A stretch of DNA of 64,000 nt from a virus. Of this stretch, positions 44,601-51,318 are shown piece after piece. Numbering within the stretch: the stretch's first letter is position 1; the number at the start of each line of letters is the position of its first letter. The notes below the pieces were generated by a model. The model was not told the origin of the DNA, ran no database searches, and saw only the letters and a list, made by a program, of their open reading frames with translations. The stretch lies in the IMG/VR virus record IMGVR_UViG_3300032083_002615, positions 5,452-69,451 of that record; one strand, given 5' to 3'. A program made the position numbers and the translations under genes.

Positions 44601-45228
44601 CGACGATACTGAAAGAGTAAGAATTTTAGCAGGTGGAAATGTTGGTATTGGAACAACAAGTCCAACAAAAGAATTAACTGTAGCTGGTGAAATAAGTGCT
44701 AGTTCAACCATAACAAGTAAAACAGGTTTTGTTGGTGAAATACAAACAACAGGTAGTTATGATTTTCCAGGTGCGATTGTGGGATACACCAACGTAGGTT
44801 CAAATTCAGGTCATGCATCTTATACCATAACAACATCTTACGCTGTTCCTGATTCTGAAATGAATGTGGTATTCGTTGTACCAAAAAGTGGTAAAGTTGA
44901 AATAATGGTTCAAGTCCAAGTTAATGATACTAGCACTAGTTCTAATACCATCAGTTGTGCATTATCTGATGCTGCTTCATATAATACACTTGGTGCTCAA
45001 CACGAAGTATCGGCATTTTCACAAGATGAAACTGGTACTGATGTAAAAACCATTAGATGGAGTATTGAAGGATTAACAGCTGGAACAACACTTCAATATT
45101 GGTTTGCCGTAAAAGCTAATGTGGGTTCAACAGGACAATCTCTTCAATGGGGTGGAAGTGGAACAGGAAGATTTCCAGACTTTATTATGAAAGCAACAGC
45201 TTTACCATCTAATTCAGTTTTCTTATAA
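41674..45228 (+). CDS. Second tail fibre (1184 aa) built from the same repeat modules
   Basis: GNVGIGTTSP and SHITASGNISASG repeats; distinct C-terminal beta-sandwich tip. Confidence 0.85.
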   Translation: MAKDVLITPLDGIIQFSSSAGTGTGQVKVDGDDLVISNAIGDVLLGDGASDVFIGNGTDNVDIVFEQNGEIRDDGSGKTITIGSKTTTLILSSSSDITMQGGGGNVGIGTTSPKAELHVEGTISASLTGSFGKATIGTPTPSNSQTQLTVKGGEGGVAMAHFERTIGGTGIIKINSNASEPQIQFKADNDNERMNIGVERAGGAFVIASGSSIADKEIVVVTQDNKVGINTTAPTKELTVEGDISSSGFISTLSHITASGDISASRLFLNSGTSDTVATFKSSDSTARIQITDDNTTNYIVSNTNSDSTLLSLGANNSTHAGNLNISSSGAVGIGTTTPGYALEVVGSISSSATLISKNINVAEKIVHLADANTEIHFEPDKVTHTVGGVDFITMTETTNDTLAFGDVETSFAGNITASGNISASGTITANAINVNGTDVLTSVSGNTFATDLKIGRDADNLIDFTTDNQIQLRVGASNELKLNTSTLFAGANDGLSLGAAAIGFSDLFLADGAVIGFNNGEIHLTQTNAALVMSGSGATTLEVLGNVSGSSTSTGSFGHLEATKAMIGKHSIYETDFPSADSTLHIHEIVNDAGGVDLGNEAHIVISTGTTQTGAQGYQGSLWFGTSDHPAAGGTANVGTQFVWRNAGIASQTSGDTGVATGKGNLEFYTNNGSGTATKRLEITEGGAINALSHITASGNISASGKLFAYGADFGDQSITNVNQIDLDGFRADAATNVQVTLGASGVDVVMEDGDSFTINSGEVNADFTYFDSGEASLIHGDAALSRVGISDTSPVSKLDVGGDLNVQSHITASGNISSSGAIITEQIYVGSNIFHNGDTNTNITFGTDTITFKAGNETFITIIEDGSQDNIVIGDGGDIDFHVKAGGDNTLFAQGSSQNIGIGTSSPTLGRLHISGSGTSANYSILAQTTSSVNYMKFANSSTGDASGDGFDIGANGTTAYLLNRENANMIFSTDDTERVRILAGGNVGIGTTSPTKELTVAGEISASSTITSKTGFVGEIQTTGSYDFPGAIVGYTNVGSNSGHASYTITTSYAVPDSEMNVVFVVPKSGKVEIMVQVQVNDTSTSSNTISCALSDAASYNTLGAQHEVSAFSQDETGTDVKTIRWSIEGLTAGTTLQYWFAVKANVGSTGQSLQWGGSGTGRFPDFIMKATALPSNSVFL

Positions 45229-45257
45229 TAAAAAAGTTGTCTTTCTTAACTTTTATG

Positions 45258-45272
45258 ATATTTATATATGAA
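45258..45272 (+). promoter_or_regulatory. Putative late promoter ATATTTATATATGAA
   Basis: Exact motif copy, preceded by an AAAAGTT/AACTTTT inverted repeat (45232-45254). Confidence 0.75.
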
Positions 45273-45298
45273 TAAATTTATACAATTGGAGAACCAAC

Positions 45299-46063
45299 GT
45301 GGTTAAATTAAAACAATTATTAGAAGAAGGTGTGTTTGATAAAGGTATCTTGAAAGCCGTTTTTATGGCTGGAGGACCTGGTTCTGGTAAATCCTATGTA
45401 GCTGGTGAATTATTCGGTATTCCTAAAAAAATCAATGTATCGGTTAGTGGATTGAAAACCATTAATTCAGATACAGAGTTTGAATTTTTATTAAAGAAAT
45501 ATGGATTTGCAACTTATGGAACAGGTAAATTAGATATTGATAAATGGCCTGATGAAGTGTTTGATGCTATCGCTGGTGGTGATGAAGATTCAGAAACAAT
45601 GACAGTTAGAAAGAAAGCCAAGTTAATGACTGCTGATAGAAAAAAACAATACATGACAGGTAGACTTGGAATGATTATTGATGGAACTGGTCATAATTAT
45701 GCAAAACTAAGAAAAGAAAAAGAAAAATTAGAAAAGATGGGATATGATTGTTATATGGTTTTTGTCAATACATCATTAGAGGTTGCGAAACAAAGAAATC
45801 AAGAAAGAGAAAGAAGATTACCAGAAGACATATTGGTAAAATCTTGGAAAGATGTACAGAATAATCTTGGTAAATTTCAATCTTTGTTTGGTAGTAATTT
45901 TGTAATTGTAGATAATTCAAAGTTTTTAAAACCAAAAGAAGCTCAAGCTAAATTTGGAAGATTGACTAAAAAATATATAGATAAATTTATAAAGAGACCT
46001 ATTAGAAATGTAATTGGAAAAAAATGGGTTCAACATAATTTGATTTTAAAAGGTAAGAAATAG
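45299..46063 (+). CDS. Zeta-toxin-like P-loop kinase
   Basis: KAVFMAGGPGSGKS, INSD, IIDGTG, MVFVNTSLEVAKQRNQERER. Confidence 0.8.
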   Translation: MVKLKQLLEEGVFDKGILKAVFMAGGPGSGKSYVAGELFGIPKKINVSVSGLKTINSDTEFEFLLKKYGFATYGTGKLDIDKWPDEVFDAIAGGDEDSETMTVRKKAKLMTADRKKQYMTGRLGMIIDGTGHNYAKLRKEKEKLEKMGYDCYMVFVNTSLEVAKQRNQERERRLPEDILVKSWKDVQNNLGKFQSLFGSNFVIVDNSKFLKPKEAQAKFGRLTKKYIDKFIKRPIRNVIGKKWVQHNLILKGKK

Positions 46064-46110
46064 ATTTTTGATATAAAAGGTTACACTAACGATATAACCA
46101 GGAGACTGAT

Positions 46111-46527
46111 ATGGAAAACGAAATCCAAAATCAGGTTTCATTAATTCTCGGTGAATACGGGTGGTTATTTATAGTTGGTATTTTAACATTACTCTTCCGT
46201 TCTACAATTGAAAAACTTGTAGCTGGATTGATGATTTTTATGGGTAATGATTACAATGAAGACGATGTTGTAGAGGTAGATGGAAAACCAGGACGAATTG
46301 TTCGTTGTGGTGTGTGGAGTACAACATTCTTTACTTATGATGTAGTGGATGGTATTATCGTAGGCGGAAGTAAATTAGTAATTCAGAATGACAAACTGAA
46401 AGACATTAAAATAGAAAAACCTTTACCACTTTTGGATTTGTCAAAATATAAAGTGGATACTTCTTGTGTTGATTTATTAACAGAGTTAACAAGAGTTGTT
46501 AAGAAACACGAGAACAACATACAATAG
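46111..46527 (+). CDS. Minimal MscS-family membrane protein
   Basis: TM helix, then LVAGLMIF..DYNEDDVVEVDGKPGRIVRCGVWSTTF matching the MscS TM3/beta domain; no C-terminal cage domain. Confidence 0.7.
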   Translation: MENEIQNQVSLILGEYGWLFIVGILTLLFRSTIEKLVAGLMIFMGNDYNEDDVVEVDGKPGRIVRCGVWSTTFFTYDVVDGIIVGGSKLVIQNDKLKDIKIEKPLPLLDLSKYKVDTSCVDLLTELTRVVKKHENNIQ

Positions 46528-46537
46528 GAGAAAGTAA

Positions 46538-47626
46538 ATGAAAAAATTACTATCTATATTATTAACAACAGCTATCTTATTTGCTAATGAAGGTAGTAAT
46601 TACTTTGTAGATAACTTTTTAAAGTATTCTACATTCTATACAAGTGTAAGTTTAAATTCACCATTTGAACCAAAACAAAAATTTGACTTCAATCAAGACT
46701 TGGGAACATTTGTTGAAACAACAGAAGAAGTTGAGGGTTCATACAATGTTTCATTTGGTATAAGAAAACTTGCAAGGTTTAAATATCAAGCCAAAGGTAA
46801 GAACTTTTACGATGGTTCAGAAAAGAACTTATCAGATGTGGCTACAATTGGTAATGTGAGTGGTTGGGAATACTTGGTTAAGTACTCAGCTATTCGTTCT
46901 TTTGGTGAAGAGTTTGTAGATACAGAATCTTGGGTTAGATACTTAGGTGATAACTTTGTAATTAAAGGAACTTATGCTAACTTTGGATTAGAAGATTTAG
47001 AGTTTGGACAATTAGATGTTAGGTATAGAAAACCACTTGGAACAAGTTGGAACTTCACTGCAGGTGGTAACTTTAGAGGACACCCAGCATATGGATTGTT
47101 TCCATTTAATGATTGGTTACAAGGTTCACAAGGACAATGGTGGACATTAGCTTATGAGTATGGATATGATGATGAGTATTGGTTTGATGATTTAAACGAC
47201 AATGGTGTTCAAGACCCTGGTGAGTTTGGTAGTTATGAATGGTATAATGAAGATGGTGAATTAATTGCAGAAACCGATGATGAGTTTTATGAATACTATT
47301 ATGGTGATATAATAAATCTTTACAATGAAGAAGAAGTTGATAAACTTGGTTGGCAATATGAGGCTTCATTTGTTATTGGTGTTGATTATTATTTATACAA
47401 TAAACAATATTGGGTTCATGGTTGGGCTTCAATACTACCAATAAGTAAAGGACTTACGGATTATTCTTTCGTTTATGAAAGTGGTGATATAGATTTTGAT
47501 ATAGGTGTAGTGGCTGGATACAAATTTGATAAAAGTTTTGGTGTATTTGGTGAAGGAAGATATTTAAGATATTGGAGTATTGATTCCTATGAATTAAAAG
47601 TAGGATTGAATTACACAGTATTTTAG
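46538..47626 (+). CDS. Secreted outer-membrane beta-barrel-like protein
   Basis: Signal peptide MKKLLSILLTTAILFA; alternating aromatic strands; terminal GLNYTVF BAM-type signal; DLNDNGVQDPGE Ca-binding-like loop. Confidence 0.65.
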   Translation: MKKLLSILLTTAILFANEGSNYFVDNFLKYSTFYTSVSLNSPFEPKQKFDFNQDLGTFVETTEEVEGSYNVSFGIRKLARFKYQAKGKNFYDGSEKNLSDVATIGNVSGWEYLVKYSAIRSFGEEFVDTESWVRYLGDNFVIKGTYANFGLEDLEFGQLDVRYRKPLGTSWNFTAGGNFRGHPAYGLFPFNDWLQGSQGQWWTLAYEYGYDDEYWFDDLNDNGVQDPGEFGSYEWYNEDGELIAETDDEFYEYYYGDIINLYNEEEVDKLGWQYEASFVIGVDYYLYNKQYWVHGWASILPISKGLTDYSFVYESGDIDFDIGVVAGYKFDKSFGVFGEGRYLRYWSIDSYELKVGLNYTVF

Positions 47627-47635
47627 GAGTTATAG

Positions 47636-48307
47636 ATGAAAATAGGTGAAATATTAGTTCAAAAAGGATATGTAACACAACAACAATTAGATGGTGTGTT
47701 GGCTGTTAAAGGTGATGACGCACAAGTAGGACAAGTTTTAATCCAATGGGGATTATTAACACAAGAGCAGTTGATGGAAGCGTTGGACATACAAGCTCCC
47801 CCACCTCCACCGCCTCCTCCACCTCCACCACCAGTTCAACCACAACAACCAATGTATCAACAACCACCTGTTGCTCCACCTCCAAGTGCACCAGATTTGA
47901 CAATGGACAACTTACAAACATCAAAGTTTAACATTGATTTGAAAACTATGATTTACATTGGTTCAATATTGTTTTCAGCTGTAACGATGTATTTTACATT
48001 TATGGGTGAGTTAGATGCTAGATTTGGAGCATTAGAGGATGGTGACAATACAATGATGGTTGATATGGACAAAAGATTAACAGCATTGGAAACAAACATT
48101 GATAAAAGGGTAACAGAATTAGAAAACAAATTCACACCAATTGGTGATGGGGTTTATGCTGTAGACCCTAATTCATCTTGGCCACCATCTCGTGGTGAGT
48201 ATAAGATGAAAGATGAAATGTCAAGAAATAAAATTATGGCTTTAGAAAATGAAATAGATAGATTAGAAAAAACTATCGAAAAGTTAGAAGATAAGTTAGA
48301 TAAGTAG
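47636..48307 (+). CDS. MshEN-domain membrane protein (MshEN - polyPro linker - TM - coiled coil)
   Basis: Tandem KIGEILVQKGYVTQQQLDGVL / QVGQVLIQWGLLTQEQLMEALDIQ match the MshEN RLGxxLxxxGLxxxxxLxxxLxxQ pattern. Confidence 0.75.
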   Translation: MKIGEILVQKGYVTQQQLDGVLAVKGDDAQVGQVLIQWGLLTQEQLMEALDIQAPPPPPPPPPPPPVQPQQPMYQQPPVAPPPSAPDLTMDNLQTSKFNIDLKTMIYIGSILFSAVTMYFTFMGELDARFGALEDGDNTMMVDMDKRLTALETNIDKRVTELENKFTPIGDGVYAVDPNSSWPPSRGEYKMKDEMSRNKIMALENEIDRLEKTIEKLEDKLDK

Positions 48308-48316
48308 GAGAGGGTT

Positions 48317-48691
48317 ATGTTTAAAAAATTATTTATATTTGGTTTAATGATTACATCACTCTTTGGTGTAAGAGAATTAACAGATGAGAATTTCAAGAAA
48401 GCAACCAATAGAGGTTTAGTGGCCGTTGAGTTTTGGGCTACTTGGAATGAAGTGAATAAAGTTACAGCAATTGATGAATGGGATTCATTTGATGCGAAAG
48501 TATATAGATTGAACATTGATAATTTTCCAAAAATTCAAGCTGACAATAATGTAGTAATACTTCCCACTATAATCTTTTTTGATGAAGGTGAAGAAGTACA
48601 ACGACTTCAAGGTGATATGACTTTTACCTTAAAGACAACAACAGATGAACTTGACGAAGTAGTTGAGGAAATACTCGGAAATAAGTTTTAG
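48317..48691 (+). CDS. Exported thioredoxin-fold protein lacking CxxC
   Basis: Signal peptide; ELTDENF...VEFWATWNEVN (WCxxC position), LPTIIFF..GEEV.RLQG; contains no Cys. Confidence 0.8.
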   Translation: MFKKLFIFGLMITSLFGVRELTDENFKKATNRGLVAVEFWATWNEVNKVTAIDEWDSFDAKVYRLNIDNFPKIQADNNVVILPTIIFFDEGEEVQRLQGDMTFTLKTTTDELDEVVEEILGNKF

Positions 48692-48702
48692 GAGGAAATG
48701 AA

Positions 48703-49641
48703 ATGAATAAATTATTAATGTATTTAATGAGTTTTATGTTATTATTCACAATCAGTTGTGATGGTTCAAGTCCAACATCACCTGATGATGGTGGTAATGA
48801 TGACGAACCTGTATTACTTGGTTGTGAAGCAGCTAATCTATATGATTGGAATAGTGTAGAGTTTGAATCATCACTTGATGCAGGAGCAACAACTTGGTTA
48901 GCTTTTGATTTAAGTGAAACAACATTGTTCTCAATTAATTTAAATCAACCTGGTTTTCATTGTGCAATATTTGAAGCCTGTGATGGTGAGGTAGGAGCTC
49001 CACCACCATTGTATTCATTTATGTCAAATGGAAATGGACAAGAGGTTGGTATTGTAACAGAAGGAATTTATTATTTAGAAATAAAAAACACAAGACCTGG
49101 TAGATTAGATTTTGAATTTAGTATTCAATTGGATGATATAGTTTATGGTTGTATGAATGATGATGCTTTGAATTATGATGATACGGCTAATGTTGATGAT
49201 GGTAGTTGTACATTTAACGATTGTAATACACAATATTATTTAGATAACTATGGTGAGATGGTATTGGATTGTGATGGTAATTGTGCACCAATTAGTTGGA
49301 TAGCAGATGGATTCTGTGATGATGGAGCTTATGGTATTTATGATGAAGAAGGAAATGTAGTTCCTATTAATCTATGGTGTGAAGAGTTTAACTTTGACGA
49401 AGGTGATTGTGAAGTCATACCTGGTGAGTGTTCACCTGGATTGATTGAAGATTGTAATGGTATATGTGCACCTGAACAATGGTTGGGTGATGGTTTCTGT
49501 GATGATGGTTCATATTCTTATAATGGAAATCCAATATTCTTTAATTGTGAAGAATTTAACAATGATGAAGGAGATTGTGATGTTATGGGGAGGACAGAAA
49601 CAAGACCATATCCAAACAACAAAATTAAAATTAACGAATAG
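48703..49641 (+). CDS. Cys-rich lipoprotein with GC..ALNY...ANVDDGSC and LNR/Notch-like repeats
   Basis: Lipobox TISC; GCMNDDALNYDDTANVDDGSC; two DCxGxCAP..W..DGFCDDG...C.EFN.DEGDC repeats. Confidence 0.75.
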   Translation: MNKLLMYLMSFMLLFTISCDGSSPTSPDDGGNDDEPVLLGCEAANLYDWNSVEFESSLDAGATTWLAFDLSETTLFSINLNQPGFHCAIFEACDGEVGAPPPLYSFMSNGNGQEVGIVTEGIYYLEIKNTRPGRLDFEFSIQLDDIVYGCMNDDALNYDDTANVDDGSCTFNDCNTQYYLDNYGEMVLDCDGNCAPISWIADGFCDDGAYGIYDEEGNVVPINLWCEEFNFDEGDCEVIPGECSPGLIEDCNGICAPEQWLGDGFCDDGSYSYNGNPIFFNCEEFNNDEGDCDVMGRTETRPYPNNKIKINE

Positions 49642-49651
49642 TAGGAGATAA

Positions 49652-50212
49652 ATGTTAAAAGAGTTATTGCTAGCAACAATTGTATCAACATCACTAAGTG
49701 TAAGAACACCAAATGATGTAGAAAAAGAATTAGATTATGAGTTTTCTGTTAAAATTGAGAACACAAATAAAAATTTTCAATATTTATTAAAAAGAGATTG
49801 GGAAAGAGAATTAGGTGAAAAATACATAGATGATGTGTTTAAATTTTCACACACGATTAATGATTTTATTTATTATGGTGTGGATTATGTGAACAAAGAA
49901 TCAAAAGATATTTTTTACACAACTTATAACATTGGTATTGATGATAACGGATGGAAGTTTGGTTTATCAATAAAAGATAATGATAAGTTGGCTAGTTTAG
50001 GATACAATAAAAAATTAAAAAAAGATGATTTGGAATACAATGTAGGATTGTCTTTTAAATCTGATTTGGGTGAGAACAATATCATCAATCTAAAATCAGA
50101 AGTAAAGAAATGGCTAACAGAAAAGATTAATATATTTGGTTTATATAAACATGAGTATTACAATAAACAAGAAGACTTTCAATTTAAAGTCGGTTTAGGA
50201 GTTAAACTATGA
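49652..50212 (+). CDS. Small outer-membrane beta-barrel-like protein
   Basis: N-terminal hydrophobic leader; amphipathic strands; terminal FQFKVGLGVKL. Confidence 0.55.
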   Translation: MLKELLLATIVSTSLSVRTPNDVEKELDYEFSVKIENTNKNFQYLLKRDWERELGEKYIDDVFKFSHTINDFIYYGVDYVNKESKDIFYTTYNIGIDDNGWKFGLSIKDNDKLASLGYNKKLKKDDLEYNVGLSFKSDLGENNIINLKSEVKKWLTEKINIFGLYKHEYYNKQEDFQFKVGLGVKL

Positions 50213-50547
50213 AACTAACAAAAGAAACATTGAGAGAAATCATCAAAGAAGTGATTGCTGAAAATGATGGACATCCTCAGATTTTAAGAAAAAACAAAGA
50301 AGTTGCCCACAACTGAGCGACTCACATGGAGTGGAAGTCTTCCACTGATAAAGAAAAGTATGGTGATATGATTGGTGAAGTTATACACCACACATTATTT
50401 GAAGATGGAACTATTACAAAATACGATGTAAAGTTCGGAAATAAAACAATAAAAAACATCCCAACAGAAATGTTAGAGGTGGTGGAAATGAAAGAACATT
50501 CTCATAACCCAACTGAAGAGGATGAAGAGGAGAAAGACGATGAGTAA
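50209..50547 (+). CDS. Candidate selenoprotein (112 aa, in-frame TGA at codon 36, H-N-U-A-T-H), His-rich
   Basis: AGGAG SD at 50197-50201; ATGA overlap with the upstream stop; single TGA at 50314-50316 in frame with the tracked ORF 50326..50547; SECIS-like hairpin downstream. Confidence 0.7.
50330..50346 (+). promoter_or_regulatory. Putative bacterial SECIS element
   Basis: AGTGGAA-GTC-TTCCACT perfect 7-bp stem starting 14 nt after the TGA, with apical GU at +21/+22. Confidence 0.6.
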
Positions 50548-50602
50548 ATGCACATGTTGTGAAAATTGCAAATGTGAATGTAATTGTTGTGGAGATGAGT
50601 AG
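50540..50602 (+). CDS. 20-aa, 8-Cys metallothionein-like micropeptide MSKCTCCENCKCECNCCGDE
   Basis: AGGAG SD at 50528-50532; overlaps the upstream stop, and its TAG overlaps the downstream GTG at 50602, filling the gap exactly. Confidence 0.65.
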   Translation: MSKCTCCENCKCECNCCGDE

Positions 50603-51318
50603 TGATTAAATTAACATCATTATTAGTTGAACAAGAACAAGAAAACAAATATCCAGAGGATGCACCTAAACATTTTGGTGGTGGTGAGAACATTGATATA
50701 TTTGGTTATCAAACCAAACACTTTGATATTTGTAGGTCGGCTGTAACTTTGTATGAAAAGTTAAAAGAAAATGAAGAAGCAAAAGATTTAATCATTCAAA
50801 CAGCTAAAGATATGGACCATTTGTTTGAAATGGAAAAACAAGTTGTGGCTCAAGAACCAATGAACCACGACCCAATTGACCACGCCGTTAAATTGTGTAA
50901 TACGATTTCTTTTCAATTAGGTAGAATTGCAGAAATAACTGGACATGGTGAAGAAGAGGAAGATACACACTTCATTCAACTACATGTTAATGTAATCATT
51001 GATAGAGCTCAAAAACAAGAAATGACTAATGAAGATTTAAGAAAGTGGTTTAAAAAAGGTGGAACAGGTGGAACTACTGCTGGTGGTTGGGATAGATATA
51101 GTTCAACAGGTGAAAAACTTGGTAAATGTGGTGGTGGAAAAGAAGGTGAAGCATACGCTGCGTGTTTATCTGCAGCAAAAGCAGCAAAACTTGGAAAGAA
51201 AGGTATAGCGGCTTTTGTTAATAGAAAAAGAAGAGCACAGAAAAAAGGTGGTGACCCTAAAAAAGGTGGTGAGAGAAGAAAGGGACAAAAAACCATTAAG
51301 GTGAAAACAGGTGCGTAA
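50602..51318 (+). CDS. Probable internal head protein (MIKLTSLLVE leader; basic C-terminal module)
   Basis: Leader ending in LVE; EDLRKWF..GGWDR..GKC..AC basic module. Confidence 0.6.
   Translation: MIKLTSLLVEQEQENKYPEDAPKHFGGGENIDIFGYQTKHFDICRSAVTLYEKLKENEEAKDLIIQTAKDMDHLFEMEKQVVAQEPMNHDPIDHAVKLCNTISFQLGRIAEITGHGEEEEDTHFIQLHVNVIIDRAQKQEMTNEDLRKWFKKGGTGGTTAGGWDRYSSTGEKLGKCGGGKEGEAYAACLSAAKAAKLGKKGIAAFVNRKRRAQKKGGDPKKGGERRKGQKTIKVKTGA

Noticed and set aside
33315-44884. Long minus-strand ORFs opposite the tail fibres (e.g. 33878..34849, 41493..42092, 42567..43079)
   Set aside because: Antisense shadows of repetitive Gly/Ser/Thr/Ile-rich coding sequence; no SDs or recognisable domains
32748-45228. 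Diversity-generating retroelement or CRISPR array suggested by the repeats
   Set aside because: Repeats are in-frame coding modules with irregular spacing; no reverse transcriptase, adenine-specific TR/VR pair or cas genes seen in the window
46079-46099. GGTTA...TAACC hairpin before the MscS-like gene as a riboswitch
   Set aside because: Only a 5-bp stem, and no match to a riboswitch consensus I can recognise
50326-50547. 73-aa ORF as given in the track
   Set aside because: Lacks a good SD and is in frame with an upstream well-initiated segment; better explained as the 3' part of a read-through gene starting at 50209
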